Positions 28,673 to 38,465 of a stretch of 64,000 nt of DNA are shown piece by piece (the first letter of the stretch is position 1; every line of letters starts with the position of its first letter). Position numbers and translations under genes: made by a program. The notes below the pieces were generated by a model, which was given only the letters and a program-made list of their open reading frames with translations, was not told the DNA's origin and searched no databases. The DNA lies in contig JAXMOL010000003.1 in the NCBI GenBank assembly GCA_034669905.1, forward strand, positions 128,001-192,000, read 5' to 3'. This DNA comes from Candidatus Hydrogenedentota bacterium. GTDB lineage: Bacteria; Hydrogenedentota; Hydrogenedentia; Hydrogenedentales; JAEUWI01.

Positions 28673-31380
28673 AAGCGAATTCCGATACCTACGTGCTCAT
28701 CGTGGAAGATGACGCGAGCACGGCGGAGCTGGAACAGCGTGCCCTGGTGCGCATGGGGTGTGAAGTTGCTGTCGTCAACGACCTGACTGGGGCCTTTGCG
28801 GCGATTCAGGAAAATCCACCTGCGGCGATTGTACTCGACTTTCATTTGGGGAATGCGCCTGCTTGGCCGATCCTGGAGGCTGGTGCCACGGGGATTCCTC
28901 CGATCCCTGTGATTATGGTGACGGCCATGGGCGATGAGCGGGTTGCCTCGGAAGCGATTCAACGGGGCGCCTCCGGCTATGTGATCAAGACCGGTGACTT
29001 CGTGGTGCGTTTGAATGAGGCGGTGGAGAATGCCATCCGGGTGTCTCGCGCCGAACGCGAACTGCAACAAATGAAAGAGTGGCAGTCGGCTATTCTTGGT
29101 TCGGTTGATGCGCAAATCGCCCTCTTGGATGCCGATGGAAACGTGATTCTGGTGAACGACGCGTGGCGTCAGGCATCAAGCGCGCCAGAAGCGGACGACG
29201 CATCCTATGGGGCGGCGGTGGATTATTTTACGATTGCGGCGGATCTCTATCGGGCCGAAGCGCCCTACGCCGATCGTGTGGCCGAGGGTGTCCGTTCGGT
29301 ACTTGCGGGCAAGGAAAAGCAATTCCGGCTCGAATTCCCCTGTACACGCAGCACGGGAGAACAGCGATGGTACCGATTAGATGTGACATCGCTGCGCTAC
29401 GGCGGGCACCAGGGCGCGGTGGTCATGCATGTGGATACGACCGAACGGGTGCGCGAGGAAGCTGTCCGTCTGGAAAATGCGGAGCTGCTCGACAGTGTCC
29501 TGCAGGGTGTGGAAGAGGGCATCCTGGTGGTTAGTGACCAGGGGCAGTTGCTCAAGTGCAACAAGGCCGCGGAATCTATTCTGGGAGCGGAAGTCGTTCA
29601 TTCAGAACGGGATTGGACGAACTGGCTGGACAGCCCGGTGGGTGAACCGGAAATACTGTCCCGCTCCGGCGGCAACCCCCTGGTCCAGGCATTGTCGGGG
29701 GAAGTCGTAACCGAGTATGAAGCGCGGGTGAGCCATCCGGATGGCCATTCGGTATATATCAGTCTGAACGCCCGGCCCCTCACCGATCAGCATGGCGTGG
29801 TGCGTCGGGCGGTTGCCACCTTTCGCGATGTGACGGAACGCATGGCCCGGGACATGGAAATGCGCCGGATCGCGGCGGCCATCGAGCAGACCGCTGATGC
29901 CATTATTATCACGGACACGGAAGGCAGAATTGAATACGTCAACTCCGCCTTCTCTTCCATGTACGGCTATGATGCGAACGAGGTATGCGGCGAGTCCACC
30001 CGCATGCTCAAGCATCCCACCCAGGAGGGGGGCGTCTCCGAAGAACTATGGAAGACGCTGCGCACAGGCGCGACCTGGACCGGGCGTTTTAACAACCGCA
30101 CCAAGAGCGGCACCCTGCTTATCGCGGACGCGACCATTACCCCGGTGCGGGACGGCGCGGGACAGGTGCTTTTTTATGTGGCGTCCGAACGGGATGTCAC
30201 CGCGCAGATTGCGCTGGAATCCCGTGCCCGCCAGTCTCAGAAGATGGAAGCTATTGGCGTTCTGGCCGGCGGTATTGCCCACGATTTCAACAACATTCTG
30301 GCGGCCATCGAGGGCTATGCCCAGATGGCGGCGAGTAATCTGAGTCCCAAGAGCCAGGCGAGTGACGATTTGCAGTTTGTGATTCGTGGCGCCGGGCGCG
30401 CGAAAGCGCTGGTCCGGCAAATCCTGACCTTCAGCCGGCAGTCGGAAGCGACCATGAAGCCCGTGCTGATCGACACGGTGATTACCGATTCGGTTGAGTT
30501 ACTCCGGGCGACCCTCCCGTCAACGGTGAGCATTCGCACGGGTGTGACATTGAAGAATGCCCTGGTCACAGCGGACGAAACACAGGTGCAGCAGGTAATC
30601 ATTAACCTTTGCACCAATGCAGCCCACGCCATGAAGACCAGTGGGGGCGAATTTGAGATTCGTCTGAACAAGGCGGAACTTCTGGCCGACGATGAAACTG
30701 CGGTGGCGTTGGGGCTGAGTCCGGGGGCCTATGCGCACCTGGAAGTGGCGGATCGGGGCGTCGGGATACCCGAGGAGGTGATGGGTCAGATATTCGATCC
30801 CTTCTTCAGCACCAAGAAAAATGACGGCGGAACGGGCCTGGGGCTGTCGACGGTTCTGGGTATTGTGAAAGAGCACGGGGGCGCGGTAAGCGTCGAAAGC
30901 AACGTGGGCGAAGGTACCTGTTTTCATGTATACCTTCCGTTGTGCGAAGCGACGGACCCCAAGATTGTGCAGCTGAAGCGAAAGCATGTGCCCCGAGGAA
31001 ATGGGGAGTCCATTCTCGTGGTGGACGATGAGGAGGCGATTGCGCACCTCTCTGGCCGCATGCTGGATCGCATGGGATACAAGACCACCGTATTTGTGGA
31101 GGCCGAAGAAGCCGTCGCGGCATTTTCCGAAGCGCCGGAAAGCTTTGACCTGGTACTCACGGATCTCACGATGCCTCGAATGCGCGGTGACCAGGTTGCG
31201 CGGAAAGTCCACGCCCTGCGCCCCGAGGTGCCTGTGATTCTGCTCTCCGGATTCGCCGAAGTGGCGGAAGTCGACAAGTCGCAGGTCTATCGGGTGATCT
31301 CCAAACCTGCCCAGATGGTCGAACTGGCCCGTGCGATCAGCGAGGCGCTCCTGGCCCACTCGTCGGAGCCGGCATCCTGA
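28669..31380 (+). CDS. hybrid histidine kinase (REC, 3 PAS, HK, REC)
   Basis: VLIVEDD, AHDFNNIL, NLCTNAAHAM, GTGLGL, TDLTMP. Confidence 0.9.
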   Translation: MKANSDTYVLIVEDDASTAELEQRALVRMGCEVAVVNDLTGAFAAIQENPPAAIVLDFHLGNAPAWPILEAGATGIPPIPVIMVTAMGDERVASEAIQRGASGYVIKTGDFVVRLNEAVENAIRVSRAERELQQMKEWQSAILGSVDAQIALLDADGNVILVNDAWRQASSAPEADDASYGAAVDYFTIAADLYRAEAPYADRVAEGVRSVLAGKEKQFRLEFPCTRSTGEQRWYRLDVTSLRYGGHQGAVVMHVDTTERVREEAVRLENAELLDSVLQGVEEGILVVSDQGQLLKCNKAAESILGAEVVHSERDWTNWLDSPVGEPEILSRSGGNPLVQALSGEVVTEYEARVSHPDGHSVYISLNARPLTDQHGVVRRAVATFRDVTERMARDMEMRRIAAAIEQTADAIIITDTEGRIEYVNSAFSSMYGYDANEVCGESTRMLKHPTQEGGVSEELWKTLRTGATWTGRFNNRTKSGTLLIADATITPVRDGAGQVLFYVASERDVTAQIALESRARQSQKMEAIGVLAGGIAHDFNNILAAIEGYAQMAASNLSPKSQASDDLQFVIRGAGRAKALVRQILTFSRQSEATMKPVLIDTVITDSVELLRATLPSTVSIRTGVTLKNALVTADETQVQQVIINLCTNAAHAMKTSGGEFEIRLNKAELLADDETAVALGLSPGAYAHLEVADRGVGIPEEVMGQIFDPFFSTKKNDGGTGLGLSTVLGIVKEHGGAVSVESNVGEGTCFHVYLPLCEATDPKIVQLKRKHVPRGNGESILVVDDEEAIAHLSGRMLDRMGYKTTVFVEAEEAVAAFSEAPESFDLVLTDLTMPRMRGDQVARKVHALRPEVPVILLSGFAEVAEVDKSQVYRVISKPAQMVELARAISEALLAHSSEPAS

Positions 31381-31442
31381 GTGAGTTTCGGTTTCCCGCG
31401 GGCTCGTGACAGCTTCCACGGCCGCCTCCGCCTCCGGGAGTT

Positions 31443-32852
31443 TCAGTCTGTCGTGGTGGGCAGGCCCGCCGCAGTGACGGCGCTCATGCCACCCAGCACG
31501 TTGGCCACATCGGCATAGCCGGCCCGCTTCAGAAAAGACGCGGCAATACTGGCGCGATAGCCACTGCCACAAATCACCACCACGGGCACGTCCAGCGGGA
31601 TTTCTCCGACCTGCTCCTGCAGGAGCCCCCCATGGATATGGTGCGCCCCCGGAAGGTGGCCTGCCTTCCATTCCCGTTCGGTCCGCACGTCGAGTAGATA
31701 GGGTTTCACTTCCTGCTGGAGGCACTTCTCCAACTCCTGTACGGAGAGGCATTGCAGGTGTGCGAGGGGATAGCCCGCGTTGGCCCAGGCACCGATGCCA
31801 TCCTCGAGGTACCCTTGTACGTCGTCAAACCCAACGCGTATCAGGTGGGTGACCACCATGGGCATGTCGGCCGGGTCATCCAACACGATGAGCGTCGGGT
31901 GGTCATAGGGCAGTACCCAGCCCGCCCACGTGGGCAGTACATTGCCCAGCGGGATGTTGATGGACTCGGGAATGTGGCCTGCCGCGAAGGCCTCTTTCGA
32001 GCGCACATCCACAATCAGACACTGGTCACAGCGTTGTTGATAGACTTCCCTGGCGCTGAAGCGGGTGCGGCCCGGTTGCGCGAGTCCGATGAGTGCGGGA
32101 CCTTCGGCATTGACCTTCTTCATACGGCGAAAATAGGGGGGCGCCACGGGCATGCCATCCAGGAGTCGTTCTACCCATGCCGACTCGGTGGCACTTTCCA
32201 GCGAAGGATTGAAGCACCGCTCGTATCCGACCGTCGACGCGCTGCGGGAGCCAATCGCTTTGCCACAGAGTGAGCCAGCACCGTGGCCCGGAAATATCTC
32301 CGTGAAGTCGGGAAAGATGGGCAAGGTATCAAAGACACTGCCATAGAGCTGGTGGGCCAACTGCTGGCGGGCTTTCTCTCCCAACAAGTCGGGACGGCCG
32401 ACATCGCCCACGAAAAGAAAGTCACCGGTGAAAATCAGCCAGGGGATTTCGTCACTTCGAGAGTCGTCGTACAGGGCCCAGATCAGGTGCTCTGGCGTAT
32501 GACCCGGGGTGTGGACGGCCTGAAGTCGGATCTTGCCCAGGGTGAAGACATCCCGGTCACGCACGGCCACATCGGCATAGGGTGGGGTCCATTCCTCGCC
32601 GCCTTCGCCCGAAGCGTGGATAACGGGTTCGTTGTCCAGTCGGGCCTTCAATTCGGCGGAACCACTCACAAAATCCGCGTGCACGTGGGTTTCGAAGATG
32701 TGGGTAATGCGGAGCCCTTCCCGTTTCGCGATATCGATAAAGTCATCCACATCGCGCGTGGGATCAATCACGGCACATTCCTTCGTGCCCTCGTCGCCGA
32801 CCAGGTAGGAGTAAATGGAAAGTCCGGGTACAAATCGCTGGTGAAAAAACAT
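31443..32852 (-). CDS. MBL-fold persulfide dioxygenase-like protein with two rhodanese domains
   Basis: ETHVHADFVSG, TPGHTPEH, GDVGRPDL, HGAGSLCG, DVR...GHIP, active-site CGSGYRAS. Confidence 0.9.
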   Translation of the reverse strand: MFFHQRFVPGLSIYSYLVGDEGTKECAVIDPTRDVDDFIDIAKREGLRITHIFETHVHADFVSGSAELKARLDNEPVIHASGEGGEEWTPPYADVAVRDRDVFTLGKIRLQAVHTPGHTPEHLIWALYDDSRSDEIPWLIFTGDFLFVGDVGRPDLLGEKARQQLAHQLYGSVFDTLPIFPDFTEIFPGHGAGSLCGKAIGSRSASTVGYERCFNPSLESATESAWVERLLDGMPVAPPYFRRMKKVNAEGPALIGLAQPGRTRFSAREVYQQRCDQCLIVDVRSKEAFAAGHIPESINIPLGNVLPTWAGWVLPYDHPTLIVLDDPADMPMVVTHLIRVGFDDVQGYLEDGIGAWANAGYPLAHLQCLSVQELEKCLQQEVKPYLLDVRTEREWKAGHLPGAHHIHGGLLQEQVGEIPLDVPVVVICGSGYRASIAASFLKRAGYADVANVLGGMSAVTAAGLPTTTD

Positions 32853-32864
32853 GGCAGGTTCTCC

Positions 32865-33671
32865 TTAATGGGTTCCGCTGGAATAGAAGGTATAGATCGC
32901 CACGCCTACCATGACGAGGGCGAAGGATTGTTGTAGACCCTTTTGGGGCAGGCGTCGGCCCACCACCGTGCCCGCAGCCATACCAAGCACGGCGCCGCCC
33001 ATAAAGGGCAGGGCCACGGGGAAGGATATAACCGCGCCACGAAGCAGCAGCGAGAGCAGGGCCGCCCCACTTACGAGGGCGATGACCATGACGGATGTGG
33101 CGGTGGCGTGGTGGACATCCATCCCCACCACCAGAATAAGGGCCGGCACGATGACAAAGCCACCGCCCACGCCGAAGGTGCCCGAAAGAATGCCGGTGAG
33201 TACGCCGAGGCAAGCGAGGACGGCCATGCAGCGGCGGGAGAGTTTACCCGTGCCACAGCCATGGGCCGCAGCCGGTTCATCCACTCGGGCGTTTTGCCAC
33301 ATCCGCACGCCGGAAACGAGCAAGAGCAGCCCGAAGAGGGCCATGAGCAACCGCTCGGTCATGTGTTCGCCCAGCCAGACGCCGATGGGTGCGCCGAACG
33401 CGCCGCCCGCCGCCATCAGCAGGCCCGTGGTGACCATGACTTCCGATTTGCGGAGTCGTTGGATAAAGCCCACGATGGCACTCCCGCCCACCGCCAGCAG
33501 CGAGATGGGGACGGCCGCGGCGGGCGCGATGGCCAGGCCATAGACCAGCAGGGGAATGGCGAGGATAGAGCCGCCCGCGCCCGTAAGCCCCAAGGCGACG
33601 CCCACGACGGAACCGTAGCATAGACTCAGTATCAGGTCCACGGAGTATCTCTCGAAGGTAAAGGAGTCCAT
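32865..33671 (-). CDS. sulfite exporter TauE/SafE family protein
   Basis: LGLTGAGGSILAIP and GTFGVGGGFVIVPAL repeats, about eight TM helices; start either ATG 33671 or GTG 33641. Confidence 0.88.
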   Translation of the reverse strand: MDSFTFERYSVDLILSLCYGSVVGVALGLTGAGGSILAIPLLVYGLAIAPAAAVPISLLAVGGSAIVGFIQRLRKSEVMVTTGLLMAAGGAFGAPIGVWLGEHMTERLLMALFGLLLLVSGVRMWQNARVDEPAAAHGCGTGKLSRRCMAVLACLGVLTGILSGTFGVGGGFVIVPALILVVGMDVHHATATSVMVIALVSGAALLSLLLRGAVISFPVALPFMGGAVLGMAAGTVVGRRLPQKGLQQSFALVMVGVAIYTFYSSGTH

Positions 33672-33763
33672 AAGAGCAGAACCGGCATGAAGCACTTCCT
33701 CCTTCGTTACGGGGCGTGCAAGGGTCACAGAGGCGTTCGGGGGCGCACGTCCACTACGAAGCA

Positions 33764-33793
33764 ATTATATATCGAAATATCCCGATATGTCAA
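33764..33793 (-). promoter_or_regulatory. consensus sigma70 promoter with an internal palindromic operator
   Basis: minus strand TTGACA-18 nt-TATAAT; ATATCG-N8-CGATAT inverted repeat at 33769-33788 spans the spacer. Confidence 0.8.
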
Positions 33794-34067
33794 TTGTAGG
33801 GGTGACGGGACCGTCCACCGGGCGTGTGGCACGGGAACGAGCGAAAGGTGGATTTTCATTGCTAACGGGTGTGGCGAAGCTCCATGACAGACTGAACCTA
33901 TGTCTTTAGGTCTGGAAGCCGCAAACGCGGATTTGGTAGGGGATGTTATGGTTGGGCGCTTGACGACTCCGCCCGCACACGCCTATCATCAGAAAATCCC
34001 GATAGCGGGGTTGAACACTGGAGGCCACCGGGGGAAGTTTGCCGGAGCCGCAAACGGGAGGCGAACT

Positions 34068-34757
34068 ATGTTTCAAGTGACCTGTGGGCACTGTAAGGCG
34101 ATACTGGACATCCCTGACCAGTACGCGGCTCAATCAGGCAAGTGCACGAAGTGTGGAGCGGGCATCCAGGTGCCACCGGCGCAGACAGCCGGCTTCACAC
34201 CGAGTCTGCCAAAGAAAAAACGCATGAAACAGAGCGACAAGACCAGCTTAACGGTCGTTGTAATCATTGGCGTCGTTATCGTTTTGGGAATTGGGGCTAA
34301 CAAAGATCCGCAAGCGCCAAATCAAAAGACTATAGGCACAGATTCACAAATCCTAGAAGTAGTCGAATCTACACCAGCTCCAGACCCACTTGCGTCGCCA
34401 GACCTGAGTGACCTGGAGCGTCGTATCGCCAACGAAATCGATATGACGCTTAAGACAGAAGGTGTTGAATACAGGCTGCACGAACTGAAGTACGACGGCA
34501 AGCAGTTGACCGTCGTGCTTGATCTTCAGTATCGCCCCGCCTCGTATGAGGAATTGGTGAAGGACGGAGAACTATGGGGTAGTTTCGTCACTCACTCTAA
34601 GATTGATGGCAAGTACATCGTCGAGCAGGATATCAACGTTCGCGTGTCTCTATGGACCGTCTTCGCTCCCAATGAAATTATTGACTGGGGAGCGTGGCGC
34701 AAGTTTGGTGGCGCGGGCGAATGGCAGGACGGCACAGCCGTGGAATTGCTCAAGTGA
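34068..34757 (+). CDS. zinc-ribbon, single-TM hypothetical protein
   Basis: GGGAGG RBS, CGHC...CTKC, one hydrophobic helix, then a soluble domain. Confidence 0.75.
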   Translation: MFQVTCGHCKAILDIPDQYAAQSGKCTKCGAGIQVPPAQTAGFTPSLPKKKRMKQSDKTSLTVVVIIGVVIVLGIGANKDPQAPNQKTIGTDSQILEVVESTPAPDPLASPDLSDLERRIANEIDMTLKTEGVEYRLHELKYDGKQLTVVLDLQYRPASYEELVKDGELWGSFVTHSKIDGKYIVEQDINVRVSLWTVFAPNEIIDWGAWRKFGGAGEWQDGTAVELLK

Positions 34758-35205
34758 ATTGCTTCTTCAGTCAGTGCGCTGCGGGAAAACCTAGGTTGTC
34801 CATCCCTGGGAAACACAAGGGAAGACCGAGTGACAGACTACGATTTTTCACCGTTCACCCTTATCTTTCCTGGGTTGACCCGGTTTTTTAACTCGTTGCT
34901 ACGGTCCCCCGTAGCAATGCATACCGTTCCGCTACTGCGGGACAGTTTTGGGGACAAGGCTATCCGCCAGCTTCAAATCCACGCTATTAAAATTCCGCCC
35001 AAGGCGGATTGCCGCAGGAGCGGCAAGGCATGGGTGACGACGGAGGACCGTCGTCACAAGCCTGAATATCGGCGCGGTGATTGCCCCGCTGTGTAATATG
35101 ATGCGGAAAACCCTGCACCACCACTCTGGCTACACGGCTCATGCATTCAGCCTATACCAGATGGCTGTATTTGACAAGGTATTCAGTAGTCTGTCCCTGT
35201 GTTTT

Positions 35206-35580
35206 CGGAGGGCTGCAAGGGACTGCCGTAGTTATGGATACGGGCTGGCAGTCGGTGACCCTTGGGCATGGAGAGCGGCATTTCGAGAACGCCGGGGTCT
35301 ACTCCAACGCCGATCCCGGCATCGTTGCGTCCAAATTCGTAGCTGTCGTCGGTGTTGAGGCCGCCATCGCCGCTGGTACCGGCGGGCTGGGCAACGCGGC
35401 GCTGCGGGGCGGAGGAACCGCCATTAAAGCGCACCGAGGCCTCCTTGCCTACGAGATCGCCGGTGGTGGCGTCCAAGTAGGCGGCGGCGCCTACAAAATA
35501 TCGCAAGGCGACTACGTCGGTGGTAGCCTGGATATCCTGGGTGGCACCATGATGAGCGGCGGCGGTATCATGAATGCCCG
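35206..35580 (+). repeat. direct repeat copy 1 (copy 2 at 39354-39728), pre-toxin region
   Basis: both encode GGLQGTAVVMDTGWQ...GGTMMSGGG(I/M)MNAR with scattered substitutions. Confidence 0.92.
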
Positions 35581-36049
35581 GGCGTTTGGCAGATCAATGA
35601 AAGGTACCACGGCATCGGCTGGTCGAGCAACGTCCATAATTCCCGGTGATGCAGACTTTGTTGGCCCTGTTCAGAAAGGTTGGGTCCTAACCCCACAGGG
35701 TCAAGGAGCGCACCTAGTTGAACGGTCTGTTGTAAGTGGCCGCAAAGCATTGAGTCACCTCGACCTGCCAGAAACGCCACGTTTCTACCCAACTGGGACT
35801 CCCGGTAATGCAGGGGCTGCGCACGTTCGATTGCACCGCGCCACAAAACAGGCTGGTATCAAGCTCCGTCGTGGAGGGAATTCCCAGCTCTCCGATACTG
35901 AATTGCTGGGAAGGTATAGGCGAGCGTATTCAGATGCGTCACTGGATGGTATACTAGGTGATCTGCGAACACCGGGCGGAAGCACTATACTTGGTAGGAA
36001 TTTGAGTCCGGCAGCTGCCTTGGAATTATTGATGCGGCGGGAAAGATAG
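35206..36049 (+). pseudogene. orphan RHS C-terminal toxin module 1 (5'-truncated; His-rich putative nuclease tip)
   Basis: first ~375 bp nearly identical to 39354-39728 of the RHS fragment, then a distinct tip with GAHLV...AHVRLH; no credible start. Confidence 0.75.
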
Positions 36050-36077
36050 ACAGAACAACTCGAGGTGCGGAAAGACG

Positions 36078-36584
36078 ATGGCTGTTTACGAAAGTTCGAT
36101 AAGCTTGGATATTGCGGGTATTGGAATCATTTTCTATTCTCCAGTGTTCGCCGAGCACATTACGGAAGATTACGACTATTTGGAGGCTTCTTACACGAGC
36201 GATGAACAGGTCCAGGCACATATACAGAAGGGAACCATAGTCGGGTTTGGAACAGGAAGCCCCGGCACGTTTATTCTGCGATTTCACTCTGGCTACCCAC
36301 ACGAAAGTTTGTTGCAGGGAAGTGACTTTAGATTGCGTTTGGGCTTGAATTGTGTTGGCGGAAAGGTTTGTTTTCGAGACCTGTACGACCTAATGTCATG
36401 GTATCCAGATTGTCCCGAAGATCAGGTCCTTAAGCTTGAAGATGGAATTTACCACGTGACGCTTTGTTCTAGTCTGCCGGACTCTGGAATCATTGGGGAC
36501 CATCAGGAAATCCATGTATACCTACATCCTCTGGATTCATTTCCTAGGCTTTCGAGCGTGGGCATTCCAGTGCTTTGTATGTAA
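36078..36584 (+). CDS. putative immunity protein for toxin tip 1
   Basis: 168-aa acidic, lower-GC ORF directly after the toxin tip. Confidence 0.65.
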   Translation: MAVYESSISLDIAGIGIIFYSPVFAEHITEDYDYLEASYTSDEQVQAHIQKGTIVGFGTGSPGTFILRFHSGYPHESLLQGSDFRLRLGLNCVGGKVCFRDLYDLMSWYPDCPEDQVLKLEDGIYHVTLCSSLPDSGIIGDHQEIHVYLHPLDSFPRLSSVGIPVLCM

Positions 36585-36820
36585 GAGTATTCAAAGGATT
36601 ACTCTGCAAGGTCGATTCGGTCGTCGAGTAAAATAGGGAGCCGCGCCGGGCTAAGCCGGCAGGATGTTGGGAGTGAGAGTCTTCCGCCACGGCGCATCCA
36701 TGACCTACAGCGAAGAATGGGTCATCACACTGTTCTCCGAGTCATGCCCACCTTCGGCGCTTTTTCAGTCTATATCCCCGCGCCCCGGCAGATTAATATT
36801 TTGTATCAATAGGTGTTGAC

Positions 36821-37414
36821 ATGAATAAGAGCGAACGAGAACCGTTACAGAATCGTTGGAATGGTGAGACATCGAAGTTGGGGATGAAATACTTGCTTGG
36901 CAAGGGAAAGGCCCCCTTTCCCTGTTTAGGAAGTGGCCGGGAAGACTTGCGGGGGCTCGTGATTACCGAAATGATCACTCGTGCGGACATTCGGGACGTC
37001 GATTTGTCCGGCGCAGCTGTAGAATGGGCCGGACAAATTGGTCCATACACGAAAGTGAGAGGTGGCGTTTTTCGCTACGCGGTCATCGATTCCAATATTG
37101 GCGACTACTTTTCTGAGTGTGATTTCACATCGACGGGAATGTCAGGCGCTACCATTCGCGGTGAGTTTACTGACTGTGATTTTTCGCATACAAATCTCTC
37201 ATCGGCAGGAGGGACCGAGGTCAAGTTCGTCCGCTGCAGATTTACGAAGACGAATTTCCGAAAGGCACATCTGATTCACTGTTATTTTGAAGGTTGTCAA
37301 TTCGATGAATGTAAGTTTGGGGTTGGTTCACTAGCGGGGTCAAGGCTTGTCCGAAGTCCCATTGATCCAGGCATGTTGAGTGACACGCTGATGGAGCATG
37401 TGGAGTGGTCGTAA
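36821..37414 (+). CDS. pentapeptide-repeat protein, possible orphan immunity protein
   Basis: FSECDFTST, FTDCDFSHTNLS, FVRCRFTKTNFRKA repeats; AGGTG RBS. Confidence 0.75.
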   Translation: MNKSEREPLQNRWNGETSKLGMKYLLGKGKAPFPCLGSGREDLRGLVITEMITRADIRDVDLSGAAVEWAGQIGPYTKVRGGVFRYAVIDSNIGDYFSECDFTSTGMSGATIRGEFTDCDFSHTNLSSAGGTEVKFVRCRFTKTNFRKAHLIHCYFEGCQFDECKFGVGSLAGSRLVRSPIDPGMLSDTLMEHVEWS

Positions 37415-37437
37415 ACGGCTGCCGAGATACTTAGATA

Positions 37438-38465
37438 GGGTTCTGCTCTGATAATACCGCTCATGCGGCAGTCCTGAGATTTTTGTATTCATCCCAAAAG
37501 GCATCCCATCGATTGGATTTTACATAACAACGAAGATCAAGAATCCGTTGTCCGCCCTCCCGTGTCCAACGCATTCCGCTTCGGTACATTCGGGTCTTAA
37601 CCAAGTTCTTGCACGCCGCCTCAACCGGGCCGCTCCCGATGGGAAGGCCTCGCCGCCTGAAATCAGCGTAATTCATTTTTCCTTTGTTTCGCCGGTAAAA
37701 GGTTCGTTGCGTGGCGAGATCTTTTTGCCTGGACTTTGGCAGCTTGCGGACTTTGGCGTGGTAGTCTATGGAATTCAGAATGCTTTGTGCGCCCTTGTCC
37801 TCTTCGAGCAGCTTCTTGGCGTATTGGCCGTACCAGGCGTCGGCCTCATCCGTTCCCTTGCCAAAGAGGGCCTCGGCGGCCAAGGACAGATGCTCGACGG
37901 AATGAAAGTAGTCAATGAGTTTTTCGTAGTCGTCGAAGCGTTCATTGCCTTCGAGGTATTTCCAGATGGCGCGCGCCCCATCGCATAGCATTATCTCCTT
38001 GACCGTCGCGGGACACAGTATTTCGGCAGCGTCCAGCTCCGCCTCGAATTTGGCCTTGAAGGTTGCGGCACGGTCTTCTGGCATATGGGCCGCATAGCAA
38101 CACCCCAGGCGTTGCGGGCACTTCTCGCCTTCTTTCACCTCGCCGTAGAGTGAAAAGCTACCCACCATGGCGTTCTTATAGGAGGTCTTCGTCTCTTTCT
38201 CCTTCTTGCCTTTGGGACGGTCTGTAGGCCGTCCCATCTTCTTGCCCTTTTCATTGAGCAATACGTTGACTCCATCCATGCTAGCGACAAGAACCCGTGT
38301 GCCTTCGGGGGCGCTTTCTTGCTCCCGGATGCCTTGTTCCAATTCCGCGCGACGCGCTGAAACGCGTTCTTCAATACGTTTCAGCGCCCGCTTTATGACC
38401 GTGGGATGGGGGTGGAAGAGCGCACTTTTCTCAAATAATCCAGCAGCTTCCTCCGGGAACCTCAT
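37438..38465 (-). mobile_element. ISKra4-family transposase, 5'-truncated
   Basis: MDGVNV, DGARAIW, IDYFHSVEHL, PIGSGPVEAACK, RSGMRW; stop at 37461, then a candidate terminal ...cagagcagaaccc at 37438-37450. Confidence 0.82.

Noticed and set aside
38206..38463. N-terminal part of the 668-aa RHS ORF
   Set aside because: It is the antisense of the ISKra4 transposase fragment, not RHS sequence
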